NCBI GenBank assembly: GCA_963705525.1
Contig: CAVPJW010000005.1
Coordinates: 19,796-83,795, forward strand
DNA: 64,000 bases
Origin: an uncultured Acidobacteriota bacterium
GTDB lineage: Bacteria > Acidobacteriota > Vicinamibacteria > Vicinamibacterales > CAVPJW01
Direction of reading: 5' to 3'
The position numbers were made by a program, and so were the translations under genes. Positions 1 to 10,926 of this stretch are shown here, piece after piece. The number at the start of each line of letters is the position of its first letter. The stretch's first letter is position 1. The notes under the pieces are model-generated. The model worked only from the letters and a program-made list of their open reading frames with translations. It had not been told where the DNA came from and ran no database searches.

Positions 1-1413
1 ACGAGTTCACGGACAAGTCGATTGCGCCAGCATACCGCGTGCTCGACACAGGCGTGGCAATTGTGTCACTGGTGCTGGGCCTCATCCTGCTGAACCTGCC
101 ACACGACGCGCAGCACCTCGGGTCGTTCCTCGAGACGCGGATCACGCTCAAGAACGCGTTGCTCCTGTGCGGCCTGACACTCGCGTGGCCCTCCATGTTC
201 GCCGCCTTCGGCCTCTATCGCCTCGAAGAACTGAACACATTCACCACCGAGTTAAGTCGCGTCGCCAAGGCATGCACACTTGGCAGCGCGTTTGCGATCG
301 TCGTGGCGCTTACGAGCATGAGCGGCGCCTTCGGGGCGCTCTCGGTGCTCGTCTTCCTGCTGACCGTGACCATCGGCACGCTGTGCGCCCGTGCAGTCGG
401 GCGTCGGCTTCTGCGAGCCGTGGCCAGACACCAGGCACGTCCACCACGTCATCATCGCCGGCACCGGACCGGGAGCGGTGCAGCACTACCGACAGATAGC
501 GGAGCAGACTTCATACAACGTGCTCGGGTTCGTGGACACGATGGCGGTTGCGCCGCCGCTCGGCGCGTCCGGTCCACCGTTTCTGGGAACGATCGATGAC
601 CTCGAGAGAATCCTGGTGGCCCGCGCGGTAGACGAAGTGCACATCTGGCTACCAGTCAAGTCGTGCTACGCGGCAATCGAGCAGGTGATCGAGACCTGCG
701 AGAGAGTCGGGGTGGAGTCGAGTTACGAGGCCGACATCTTCCGCCGGTCGTTCGCCCATTCCGGGCAGACGCAGCCGACTCGGTCGTCGCGAGGAAGGTC
801 GCGCGATGACTATCGCCTCTGGACCAAGCGGGTCATCGACGTGTGCGGGGCGCTGGTCGGCCTCGTGGTGTTCTCACCGGTCATGCTCGCGGCGGCAACC
901 GCAGTCAAGTGGACGAGTCCTGGACCGATCCTCTTCACGCAGGAGCGTTTCGGACTTAACCGCCGCCGCATGAGGATCTACAAATTTCGCACGATGATCG
1001 CCGATGCCGCGGCACGACAGGCGGAATTCGAGGATCAGAACGAGGCCGACGGGCCCGTGTTCAAGATCCGGCACGATCCGCGCGTGACTCCCGTGGGCCA
1101 CTTTCTTCGGAAGACCTCGATCGACGAGCTGCCGCAATTGCTGAACGTGCTGAAGGGCGAGATGTCGCTGGTGGGACCTCGGCCCATGGCCGTTCGCGAC
1201 GTCTTCCGTTTTACGGAAGCATCGTTGATGCGTCGATTCAGCGTGAAGCCGGGGCTGACCTGTCTCTGGCAGATTAACGGCCGAAGCAACACGACGTTCG
1301 GTCGGTGGATTGAGCTCGACCTGGAATACATCGACCGGTGGTCACTGGGTCTTGACCTCGCAATCTTGGTGAGAACCGTACCGGCGGTACTGAAGGGCGA
1401 AGGGGCAGCCTGA
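1..1413 (+). pseudogene. Polyprenyl-phosphate glycosylphosphotransferase (EPS priming enzyme, WbaP/EpsB type); 5'-partial at window edge, one frameshift near 430-440 (or assembly error)
   Basis: The frame-3 ORF (open to base 1, ends 599) encodes the multi-TM N-terminus. The frame-1 ORF 391-1413 continues with HVIIAGTGPGA and the bacterial sugar-transferase domain ([53 protein letters not shown]). The frame switch lies at RAVARH | HVHHVIIAG. Confidence 0.85.
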
Positions 1414-1454
1414 ACCAAGGCCGTCTCTGACACGGGTGGAAGCGAGAGGGTGAT

Positions 1455-2420
1455 ATGAGGCGCGACTCGAAGATTTTCGTCGCCGGCCATCGCGGCCTGG
1501 TCGGTTCGGCATTGATGAGGCATCTCGAAGCCGCCGGGTACGATCATCTGCTCACCGCCACGCGCGACCAGCTCGACCTCCGCGATCAGGCGGCGGTCAA
1601 CTACTGGTTCCGCGCGAACCGACCGGAGTATGTCTTCCTCGTAGCCGGGACCGTGGGCGGCATCTTGGCGAACTCGTCGCGGCCCGCCGAGTTCATCTAC
1701 GACAACCTGCTGATCCATGCGACGGTCGTGCACGCCGCCTATCTGTACGTTAGCCGCAAGTTGCTGTATCTGGGGAGTTCGTGCATCTACCCTCGCGACT
1801 GTCCGCAGCCCATCAAAGAGGAATACCTGCTGACCGGCCGTCTTGAACCATCAAACCAGCCGTATGCCATTGCGAAGATCGCCGGCATTGAGTTATGCGC
1901 CGCCTACCGCCGGCAGTACGACAGTCCTTTCATTTCCGCGATGCCGACGAATCTGTACGGCACGAATGACAACTTCGACCTAACTTCGTCGCACGTGCTG
2001 CCGGCGCTCATCCGGAAGTTCCATGACGCCAAGCTGGCGGGCACGAGTACGGTCACGATTTGGGGCAGCGGTCGACCACGACGCGAGTTCCTGCATGTCG
2101 ATGATCTCGCCGATGCATGTGTGTTCCTGATGGACCACTACGACGATGCCCTTCATATCAACGTGGGCACGGGAATCGATCTATCCATCCGGGAACTGGC
2201 GGAGCTGGTGCGGGAGATCGTGTATCCGGACGCCACGCTTCAGTTCGATGCGACCAAACCTGATGGCACGCCACGGAAGCTCCTCGACGTCTCGCGCCTG
2301 CACGAACTGGGCTGGCGTCACAGCATCGAGCTGAAGGCGGGGATCGAGCAGACGTACGCGTGGTTTACGGAGCAATACGCCCCAAGCACGACCGCGCGGT
2401 CAACACTCGTCCAAGTGTGA
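1455..2420 (+). CDS. fcl: GDP-L-fucose synthase (GDP-4-keto-6-deoxy-D-mannose 3,5-epimerase/4-reductase)
   Basis: Intact 321-aa ORF. Motifs: [13 protein letters not shown] nucleotide-binding N-terminus, [17 protein letters not shown] (YxxxK), [24 protein letters not shown]. Colinear over its full length with Fcl/WcaG. Confidence 0.92.
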   Translation: MRRDSKIFVAGHRGLVGSALMRHLEAAGYDHLLTATRDQLDLRDQAAVNYWFRANRPEYVFLVAGTVGGILANSSRPAEFIYDNLLIHATVVHAAYLYVSRKLLYLGSSCIYPRDCPQPIKEEYLLTGRLEPSNQPYAIAKIAGIELCAAYRRQYDSPFISAMPTNLYGTNDNFDLTSSHVLPALIRKFHDAKLAGTSTVTIWGSGRPRREFLHVDDLADACVFLMDHYDDALHINVGTGIDLSIRELAELVREIVYPDATLQFDATKPDGTPRKLLDVSRLHELGWRHSIELKAGIEQTYAWFTEQYAPSTTARSTLVQV

Positions 2421-2467
2421 ACATGCGAGCCGATCAGGCTTGGTTCGCCACTCAAGATCTTACGTGA

Positions 2468-3340
2468 ATGATGAGCACCCCACGAGCAACGCAGCCCGGC
2501 GCCAGTGCCCCTGATTCGTCGGAGGACGCATACCCATCGATCGGCTGGCCGAGAAAATACGACGCCTTTGGGGTGGGGATCTCGGCAACCACCTACGCTG
2601 AAGTGGTTGATGTCCTGACCCAGTGCGCCAAATGCCATCGCCCGGCCATCGTCGATTTCACGCCCGTGTCCGTGCTGACGGAGGCGGCGTATGACAATGC
2701 GTTTCGCGCCAGAATTAACAGCTTCGATCTGGTCTGCCCTGACGGTCAACCTGTCCGATGGTGCCTCAATTATTTCCACAATGCGGGCCTTCTGGAGACC
2801 GTGTGCGGCACCACGACGACTCTCCGGCTCTGCGAACGCGCTGCGACAGAGAAGATCGGCATCTACCTGTACGGCTCGACCCCGGACACATTGCGACGAC
2901 TTCAGGCGAGTCTCCTCTGCCAATTTCCAGATCTCCGGATCGTCGGCGCTGAGTCCCCGCCATTCGTAGCCCTCAACCGCGAGGAACACAAGGCGGTCGC
3001 TCGTCGAATCAACGATTCGGGGGCCGGCTTCCTATTCGTCGGAATCGGCTCTCCTAAGCAGGAGAATTTCGCGTGGGAGCAGAGAGCCAGTATCCATGCG
3101 GTCCAGCTTTGCGTGGGCGCGGCATTTGACTTCATCGCGGGCACGAAAGAACGCGCGCCCCGCTGGATGCAGCGGGTCGGACTCGAATGGCTGCATCGCG
3201 CCGTCACTGAACCTGCACGGCTTGGCAAGCGCTACGTTGTTGGAAACTTCCGATTCGCGATGCTACTCGCGCCGGAACTCATCCGTCGTGCCAGGAGTCA
3301 GGTTGGCACACGCATTCGGACCGAGCGGCGGCTGAACTGA
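2468..3340 (+). CDS. WecB/TagA/CpsF-family glycosyltransferase
   Basis: 290-aa ORF with family-typical IYLYGSTPDTL, FLFVGIGSPKQENF, VGAAFDFIAG and GLEWLHR motifs. Confidence 0.85.
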   Translation: MMSTPRATQPGASAPDSSEDAYPSIGWPRKYDAFGVGISATTYAEVVDVLTQCAKCHRPAIVDFTPVSVLTEAAYDNAFRARINSFDLVCPDGQPVRWCLNYFHNAGLLETVCGTTTTLRLCERAATEKIGIYLYGSTPDTLRRLQASLLCQFPDLRIVGAESPPFVALNREEHKAVARRINDSGAGFLFVGIGSPKQENFAWEQRASIHAVQLCVGAAFDFIAGTKERAPRWMQRVGLEWLHRAVTEPARLGKRYVVGNFRFAMLLAPELIRRARSQVGTRIRTERRLN

Positions 3341-3415
3341 CAGGCCCATCCACATCGGCGAACACTCAGACTTCAGGGGAGCACACAGGTCGGCACATCA
3401 TGGAACAGACGGCCA

Positions 3416-3680
3416 TGAGAACATCCAGAGAGCGCCGGAGAGGCCACTTGCTCACGAACAGTTCATGGGGAATCGTTTCCCATGTATCTCAGACGGTCTT
3501 TCTAAGCCTCTTCTTCATCGTTATCGCGAGGAGGTACCCAACCGAGGAGTTCGCCAAATACGTCATCGCAACAGCCTAACCCAAATTTTATCGGCGTTCT
3601 CTTCGTTAGGCCTGGGCACCTGGTTCATCAGGGAGATCGTCGGTACAGATGACCGGGCGTCATGGGAACGCCATGCCAGA
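3416..3680 (+). pseudogene. N-terminal stub of a polysaccharide flippase (PST/MOP family), frameshifted and truncated
   Basis: ATG at 3416 reads MRTSRERRRGHLLTNSSWGIVSHVSQTVFLSLFFIVIARRYPTEEFAKYVIATA then a stop. The next frame continues LTQILSAFSSLGLGTWFIREIVG. This matches the typical first ~75 aa of Wzx-like flippases, and nothing follows. Confidence 0.4.
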
Positions 3681-3806
3681 TAGCTGGCATTCGCAATATC
3701 CAGAAACGCGATCACGAGTTCAGCAGCAAGATCGTCGTAACAATCGGCAACTTTTGCGGCGGTATCAAGAACTTCACGCGTCCCGGGATTCCTCCTGGCC
3801 AACGTC

Positions 3807-4775
3807 GTGGACGAGGTGGTGGTGGGACTGCCGGTCAAGTCGCTCTATGCGGAGGCGGCGCGCATCGTCTCGGTTTGTGAAGAGCAGGGGATCATCGTCA
3901 GGTGCCTCTCGAACATCTTCGACCATGCGCGTGGCCACTCGCAGGTCGATGAACTCCACGGCCATGCGGTCGTCACGGTCTCGTCCGGCGCGAGGTTCGG
4001 CCTGGCGACCGGCGTCAAGCGGGCGCTCGATGTCTGCGTCTCGGCGCTGCTGCTGCTCCTGCTGGCGCCTCTCGCCGGCGTCATCATGCTGGCCATCAGG
4101 CTGACGTCGCCCGGGCCCGTGTACTTCGCGCAGGAACGGTTGGGGCTGAACAAGCGACTGTTCAAGATGTACAAGTTCCGGACGATGGTGGCAGGGGCGG
4201 AGGTGAAGCAGGCTGAACTGGAGCGGTTGAACGAGGCGGACGGTCCGGTGTTCAAGATCCGGAGTGATCCACGAATGACGCGGCTTGGACGGTGGCTACG
4301 GAAGACGAGCCTCCACGAACTGCCGCAACTTCTCAACGTCCTGAAGGCCGACATCAGCCTGGTCGGACCGCGCCCCCTGCCGGTCCGGGACTACGAGCGA
4401 TTCGGCGAGGACTGGCATCGGCGCCGGTTCAGCGTGAGGCCCGGCATGACATGCCTCTGGCAGGTGAGCGGCCGGAGCGACACGTCTTTCGACCGGTGGA
4501 TGGCGCTGGACATGAAGTACATCGACACCTGGTCGCTCGGGCTCGACCTACGGATCCTGGCGAAGACGATTCCGGTGGTTCTCAGTCGATCTGGTGCAGC
4601 CTGCCAGCCGGTGGCTACGGTCAGACCGGCCATGCGATCGGATCAGGCTCGGAGTCGGCCCCAGACCAGCGGCCGAGGCCGCGTACACTCGATCGTGCTG
4701 GATGTCACCAGGTGCCTATCTGTGGTCGTTCGCTGCAATAACCCAGTGCCCCCAATCGTCACGGATCAGGCCTGA
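3807..4775 (+). CDS. Truncated paralogue of the priming glycosylphosphotransferase (catalytic domain only, with a ~60-aa read-through tail)
   Basis: VDEVVVGLPVKS..., one TM (VSALLLLLLAPLAGVIMLAI), [52 protein letters not shown]. The frame is closed by TAA at 3738-3740, so the N-terminal TM/Rossmann half is absent. Where the paralogue ends ...GAA-TGA, this copy reads GAA-TGC and runs on. Confidence 0.75.
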   Translation: MDEVVVGLPVKSLYAEAARIVSVCEEQGIIVRCLSNIFDHARGHSQVDELHGHAVVTVSSGARFGLATGVKRALDVCVSALLLLLLAPLAGVIMLAIRLTSPGPVYFAQERLGLNKRLFKMYKFRTMVAGAEVKQAELERLNEADGPVFKIRSDPRMTRLGRWLRKTSLHELPQLLNVLKADISLVGPRPLPVRDYERFGEDWHRRRFSVRPGMTCLWQVSGRSDTSFDRWMALDMKYIDTWSLGLDLRILAKTIPVVLSRSGAACQPVATVRPAMRSDQARSRPQTSGRGRVHSIVLDVTRCLSVVVRCNNPVPPIVTDQA

Positions 4776-4799
4776 ACCGCTCAGGCGAAGACGCTACAT

Positions 4800-6184
4800 G
4801 TGACTTTGCCTCGATTCGGAACAGCAGCTCTATTGGGAATTCTGGTTGCCACGGCGAGTATTGTGTATGAAGACCGACTGCCTCTGCTTGAGCGCAGGCG
4901 GCATAAGCTTCCATATCGCAGATATCTTGCTTTTGGGATCGTTAGGGCTTATTGCCACTCGTCGGTTGGTTGTGCCCGAGTTCACGATGGTACGGACGCC
5001 ACTCGACCGGCCGCTCCTGATCTTCTTCGGGGTGACGCTTCTCTCGACTGTTATTGCGCTCTTGCAGTCATCGGTCGACTTTCATGAAGCTCTCAGGGCC
5101 ACCCGCGTCTTCTCTTATTACTTGACCTTCTTCGTTGTCACCAATCTGGTCAGGGAACGCCGCCAACTCGCCTTCCTGTTGAATGGCATCTTCATTCTTG
5201 CGACCTTGGTTGCCGCGGCGATGATAGGACAATACCTGCTGGGTGACTCCGTGACCCTTTTGCCCGGCCGGGTTGAGGCCTTGGAAACTCAGGGCACAGC
5301 GTTTGAGGCCGTTACGCGAATAGCCCCACCCGGTTTTTCAATCGTCCTGGTTTCGTTCGTGACAATCTCTTGCATCCTGGTGTTCGAAAGAGTGAAGCCG
5401 ACAGGATTGCTCAAATTCTCTCAATGTGGATTGATGGGCATGGCGCTCGTGGTCACCTTTCTCCGCAGTTATTGGGCCGCATTGTGCGTAGTCCTGTTTC
5501 TGATGGTGTGCCTCGTCAGAGGCGCCGACAGGCGAAGATTCATGGGTTGGGGGATGGTGGTCATATGCCTCGGCAGCGTTGATTCTGCTCGTCGTATTCA
5601 ACGACACAAACTCATTGGGCTCGAGGTTGTTGGTGGCGTTTGGGGATAGGCTGGGCACACTTTCCAGCAGCGGGACGTTTCAGGGTGGCGATAGCTCCGT
5701 AGAATGGAGAATGATCGAGAATCGCTATGCTTTCTCTGCGATCGCGTCAAATCCAGTGGTAGGCCTGGGAATGGGAGCCATATACAGACCATGGGATTCC
5801 ACACTTGACTTCCGGGATGCCGATGGTGTTGACCACGACTTCAGGAGGCACATTCATAACGGTCACCTATGGATTCTGCTGCAATCGGGTCTGCTTGGCT
5901 ATCTCAGTTTTGTGTGGCTGTCGCTTGCCTTCCTGATGCGTGGGTTCACGCATTGGCGCAGCGTACCCAACGACCGGATGAGGAGCGTGGTGTTGGGTTT
6001 TACCCTCGCCTATCTGGCCGTGTTCATCGCCGCAGTGGCCAATTCTTCATTCATGCAGTGGAACTGGACTCCCGTCATTGGAATCATGATGGGCATCAAC
6101 GAGGTTGTTCTGAGGCAGGTCAGGGAGGATGAGTCATCAGCCTTGATCAGTCCGTTCAGATCCGCAAGCAGCCACGAGCGATGA
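4800..6184 (+). pseudogene. wzy: O-antigen ligase/polymerase-like (Wzy) membrane protein, frameshift near 5578 (possibly another near 4895)
   Basis: ORFs 4846-5649 and 5579-6184 are consecutive halves of one multi-TM protein. The second half carries the Wzy_C-type loop (EWRMIENRYAFSAIASNPVVGLGMG ... HIHNGHLWILLQSGLLG). ORF 4800 encodes a plausible first TM in a third frame. Confidence 0.7.
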
Positions 6185-7658
6185 GGAGGCTCATCAAGAA
6201 CCTGGCGATCTATGCGCCGTCACAGTTCTTACCCGCTCTTACCGCCTTTGTCACTACTCCAATTCTCACGAGGCTCTTCCTTCCGGCGGAGTACGGCGAT
6301 TGGTCAATTGCATTGAGCGCCATCGCATTCCTGGTTGCGCTGGCCGGCTCTGGTCTGGGTAGCGCCTCGATACGCTTTTACCCGAGCTATAAGTCGAAGT
6401 CGACCCTGAACATTTTCTTCGGGACCATCGGTGTGTCTATTGGCGCAGCCATCACTGTTGTTGCCGGGGCCAGTGTTCTCACTCTCGTTTTGCTCAGGCA
6501 GTTTCTGCCTGCTGCGCTGGTAAGACTGTTACCTCTCGTCATCCTGATCTTTGTGGCCCAGAGTATCGTCGGCATTGCGATGGCTGTTGTCAGAGCTCAA
6601 GGGCGCAGCGGACTATACACATCGTTTCAGCTCGCAACGAACTACGGTGGCCTTGGACTTGGGCTGCTCCTGGTTGCGGTATTCGGTTTCCGAGTTGAGG
6701 GTCTCCTGTGGGGCACGTTTCTAGCCCTTCTCGTGAGTCTGCCTTTTCTGGTTTCCCAGACCACCAAAACTGTGGGCATTCGGATGCAGCACTTTCGCCT
6801 TGCGGATGCCCTCCAAATCTGGCGGTATGCCTGGCCGTTGACTCTGGGGAGTCTGGCCATGTGGGGATTGCGGCTATCCGACCTATTTATTATCAGATCA
6901 TTTTCCTCCGCGCGCGATGTGGGGCTCTACTCGGTGTCATATAACCTCTCCGCCAGGAGCATTGAGCTTCTCGTGGCATTGTTTCTGCTGACGGTGTCAC
7001 CTTTGGTCTACAGCACTTGGGAAACGGAGGGACGAGAGGCAACTGAATCGACCCTGACCGCAGTCACCCGGATTTACCTGGTCCTGTGCGTGCCAGCGGC
7101 TGTTGGGCTGACCGTTCTGGCTGTTCCGTTTGTATCGCTACTGACAGCGCCGGATTTCCATGAGGGTGCCAGAATCGTCGGCTTTGTGGCATTTTCCAGC
7201 CTTGTGTGGGGACTGGCGAACATCGCCATGATGGGCTTAACGATAAGAAGCAAGCACGTCGACTCGGAGCCAACCAGCTTGTGGCTGCCTCCACACACGT
7301 CGCTTTGCAGTTAGTGTTCGTGCCTCGCTTCGGTTACATGGCGTCGGCCATCTCGACGCTGATCGGCTACACCGGCTTGCTGCTCTTGAACACTCATGGC
7401 TCACGATCACAACTGACCTGGCGAGTTCCGTTCCGTACACTGCGAAACGTTAGTGCTGGGTCAATGGTGATGGGATTGGTTGCCTGGGGAATATATGGAC
7501 TCTCTGGCGAAGGGAGCGAGGTATCAATAGCCTATCTTTTTCTGAGCGTCGCGGTGGCGGTTCCTACCTATGTCGGTTGCCTTTGGTTGCTGGGTGAGGT
7601 GAGGGAGGCGGAGAAGAGTGCGGTCCTGGAGCTATGGGATGGCGTGGTGGGTAAGTGA
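6181..7658 (+). pseudogene. wzx: Polysaccharide flippase (Wzx, MOP/PST family), frameshift near 7232
   Basis: ORF 6181-7314 (about 10 TM, N-terminal MRRLIKNLAIYAPSQF...LTRLFLPAEYG) continues in ORF 7206-7658 (KKQARRLGANQLVAAS...FGYMASAISTLIGY). The junction ACGATAAGAAG fits a 1-nt loss in an A run. ATGA overlap with the wzy stop. Confidence 0.78.
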
Positions 7659-9676
7659 GGTTCAGATCGGTGCCGCACTATCGCCAGCGCATCCGGGAAC
7701 TGGGCGCTTTGGGAACACTGCAGCGTATCTGGGCGCGGCTCATGAATCGGCTCGTTCTGCGGGGTCAGTCGTTGTGGTGGGGCTGGAGGGCTCGTCAACA
7801 AATGAGCGATGCTGCCCTGCTGGCTCGCACGACAGGCGACTGGCGCTCCGTGGATGCCCTCCTCGAAGACCTGGCCAGCCGTCCTGCCTCGTCGTTCATG
7901 CTGCCACATGAATCGCCGGATGAGACGGCCGCGATCCTTAATCGCTACTACCCTGAGTATGTCTCAGCCCTCCTCGCCGCTGCGGACGCCTGCTGCCGGA
8001 ATGAGCTTCGGCTGCTCGGCAGGTGTTTCCGTTTTCCGGGAGGCATCGATTGGCAGACGGATCCCGTCACAGGTTGGCGCTGGCCTCTGGTGCATAGAAG
8101 CCGCGTAGGTCGGTATCTTGGGTCTGAGCGCCCGGTTGATCTCATAGTCTTCTGGGAGCTCAACCGGCACCAGCACTTCATCACCCTCGGGATCGCCTTC
8201 TGGCTGACCGGCGACCAACGGTACGTGGATACCTTCAGCTCCCAGGTTCAGAGTTGGATCGAGACCAATCCACTGCAGCACGGCGTCAACTGGTTTTATG
8301 GCCTGGAGGTATCGATTCGCATAATTGCCTGGACTGTGGCGTTTCAGTTCTTTCGCACGTCACAACGATTCCAGGAGAAGACCGGCGAAGCCTTCCTGAA
8401 GAGCCTGTGGCAGCAGGCCGATTTCCTGAGGAGTCACCTGCGAACAGCCAGAAGCAAGGAAGATGTACCTAACAACCATCTACTGGCGGAACTGACAGGT
8501 CTGGTCCTCGTCGGGGTCGGCTTTCCCCGAGTTCCGCGCAGCGGCAGCGTGGCGTGAAACCGGTCTACGTCTGCTCAACCAGACAGGCAGCTGCACAAAC
8601 GCACCCTGACGGCGTTAACAAGGAACAAGCGACCGGGTACCACCGTTTCGTAGCCGAGCTGCTGCTCCTGATCGTGGCGCGCAGTCGTCAGGGCGCGCTG
8701 CCGCGTGCGCCTATTCTGGAGGATACGCTGGAGCGGATGCTGGACTATGTGCTCTTTACCTCGACACCGGCTGGAACTGCGCCGATGTGGGGTGATTCCG
8801 ATTACGGACGCGCCCTGGGCCTGGGACAAAACAAAGACTTCTGGGACTTCCGTCCACTTCTGTCGGCAGGGGCAGCGTTGTTTGGCCGACCTGACTGGAA
8901 GTTTGCGGCCGGCCGCTTCGACGAGGAGGCGTTTTGGCTCCTGGGCTCTGACGGTCTGGATCGTTGGGAACAGCTTGACGCTCATCCGCCCGAGCAGACC
9001 TCGCGGGCCTTTCCGCAGGCGGGCCTGTACGTCATCCGCGATGCGTGGGCGGCAGATACGGATGTCGCTTTCTTCCGGTGTGGTCCGTTCGGACTAGGAG
9101 GCGAAGGACATTGTGCCCACGCGCACTGTGATCTTCTCAGCTTTGTTCTGTGGGTAGGCGGTCGACCGCTGCTCGTAGACTCGGGCACCTACATGTACCA
9201 CGGCCCCTGGAGGGATCATTTTCGTCTTACAGCAGCCCACAACACGGTGATGGTCGATGGCCGCGAACAGGCTATCCCAATGCCCAATTTCAATTGGCAG
9301 CAGATCCCCGAGGCGAAGTGTATCGACTGGACCGGGGAGCGTGTGACAGGGGCATTGACCTATTCCGGCCAGGTGGAGTTTATCCGAGAGCTGGCCCATC
9401 CACGACCAGGTGTCTGGGAGTTGGTCGACAAGTTTACTGGGCAGTGATGAACACAGAATGGAGTGGTTTTTTCATTTTGCTCCTGGCCTGGATTTGCATC
9501 TACACGAAGGAGGGCATACGCTTACAGTGCTTAAGGAAGGCCGCTCCTTCGTGATCGTGCACATTCCGGGCAACGGGGTCCGCCCCCAGTTGAGAGACAC
9601 CTGGTATTCATGCCAATACGGGGTTAAACAAGGCACCCGAGAACTGTATGCCATGGTGGCAAGGGGAACCAGGTAA
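7655..9676 (+). pseudogene. Heparinase II/III-like (alginate-lyase/heparinase superfamily) protein, three frame changes (~8528, ~8583, ~9441)
   Basis: FWELNRHQHFITLGIAFWLTGDQRY, NWFYGLEVSIRIIAW, NNHLLAELTGL, then FPEFRAAAAWRETGLRLLNQ in a third frame, then HPDGVNKEQATGYHRF, GHCAHAHCDLLSF, AAHNTVMVDG. The C-terminus lies in ORF 9410-9676. An extra C in a CCCC run is seen at 8525-8528. GTGA overlap with the wzx stop. Confidence 0.8.
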
Positions 9677-9752
9677 GGGAGCGTCGTTCCACTGGCAGTT
9701 TCATCTCGCTGGCGAGGAACGCCTGCGAACAGGAGAACATTGCGATCACACT

Positions 9753-9767
9753 GTGTACTGAGTCAGA
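9753..9767. repeat. IS630-family insertion sequence, left terminal inverted repeat (approximate boundary)
   Basis: Imperfect 15-bp terminal inverted repeat (12/15): GTGTACTGAGTCAGA at 9753-9767, pairing with TCTGAATCACGACAC at 10896-10910. The flanking dinucleotide on this side is CT, not the TA seen to the right of the other repeat. Confidence 0.5.
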
Positions 9768-9827
9768 ACAAAGTGAAGCAATAATACGGTCAGATTCGTA
9801 CGTGGTGTACAGGCTGCAGGACACCGC

Positions 9828-10913
9828 ATGCGACTCGGCCGCGCCGTCCTTGGATTCGTCTTGAGTCGGTCTGAGCGTACGACCCTGGAGCAGTATGCCC
9901 GTCGTCCGACGACCGCGCAGGGCCTGGCGCTGCGGGCGCGCATCGTGCTGCGCTGCGCCACCGGCGCGACACACACGGCTATCGCGGCCGATCTGGACGT
10001 GACGATCCAGACCGTGGGCAAGTGGCGCAAGCGCTTCGTGGCCACCCGCATCGCCGGCCTGCTCGATGAGCCGCGCCCGGGGGCGCCGCGCAAATTACCG
10101 ACGCGCAGATTGAACGGGCGATCGCCACGACGCTCGAGTCGCCTCCCCGCGATGCGACCCAGTGGAGTACGCGCGACTTGGGGAAACACGAGGGCCTGAG
10201 TCAGTCGGCTGTGGCGCGCATCTGGAAAGCCTTTGCGCTGCAACCGCACCCGACCGAGACCTTCAAACTCTCGAAAGACCCGGTGTTCATTGACAAGGTG
10301 CGCGACATCGTCGGGTTGTATGTGCAGCCGCCGGATCGGGCCTTGGTGCTCTGCGTCGACGAGAAGAGCCAGATTCAGGCACTCGATCGCACGGCGTCGC
10401 TGTTGCCCATGCGTCCGGGCCTGCCCGCGCGCCGCACGCACGACTACGTGCGGCACGGTACGACGCCGCTCTTCGCGGCGTTGGACGTCAAAGCGGGGAC
10501 CGTCATCGGGGCCCGCCACGCGCGGCACCGGGCGCAGGAGTTTCGTCATTTTCTCAACTGGATCGACGCGGCCGTCCGCCGGGCCTCGACATTCATCTGA
10601 TCCTCGACAACTACGCCACCCACAAAACGCCGGCCATCCATCGGTGGCTGCTGCGGCATCCGCGCTACCATCCGCACTTCACCCCGACCAGCGCATCCTG
10701 GCTGAATCTGGTGGAGCGCTGCTTTGTGGAGCTCACCCGCCAGCAGATCCGACGCGGGACGCACCGCGGCACCAAGGCCCTTCGGGACGCGATTCTCACG
10801 TATATTGCCCTCGGGAACGACACGCCACGGCCCTTCGTCTGGTCCACAACGGCCGACGAGATCCTGGAAAGCGTCGCCCGCTTTGTACGCGGATCTCTGA
10901 ATCACGACACTAG
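9828..10913 (+). pseudogene. IS630-family DDE transposase, broken by three single-base frameshifts
   Basis: HTH region (TVGKWRKRF), ...PRPGAPRK | ITDAQIERAI..., VLCVDEKSQIQALDR, THDYVRHGTTPLFAALD, ...IDAAV | PGLDIHLILDNYATHK, HFTPTSASWLNLVERCF, ...SVARF | CTRISESRH-stop. Each break sits at a short homopolymer (AAA at 10092-94, CC near 10577, TTT near 10882-84). Confidence 0.88.
10896..10910. repeat. IS630-family insertion sequence, right terminal inverted repeat (approximate boundary)
   Basis: TCTGAATCACGACAC at 10896-10910, the 12/15 inverted partner of 9753-9767. TA follows at 10911-10912. The element as a whole spans about 1.16 kb (9753-10912). Confidence 0.5.
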
Positions 10914-10926
10914 AGATGAGAAACAC

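Noticed and set aside
10080-10110. Programmed -1 ribosomal frameshift in the IS630 transposase
   Set aside because: There are three separate breaks rather than one. There is no canonical slippery heptamer or downstream structure, and each break is fixed by a 1-nt change in a homopolymer. Mutation or consensus error is the simpler explanation.
9746-10549. 267-aa minus-strand ORF across the IS630 element
   Set aside because: The plus strand encodes an unmistakable IS630 transposase. The antisense ORF is Arg-rich and featureless.
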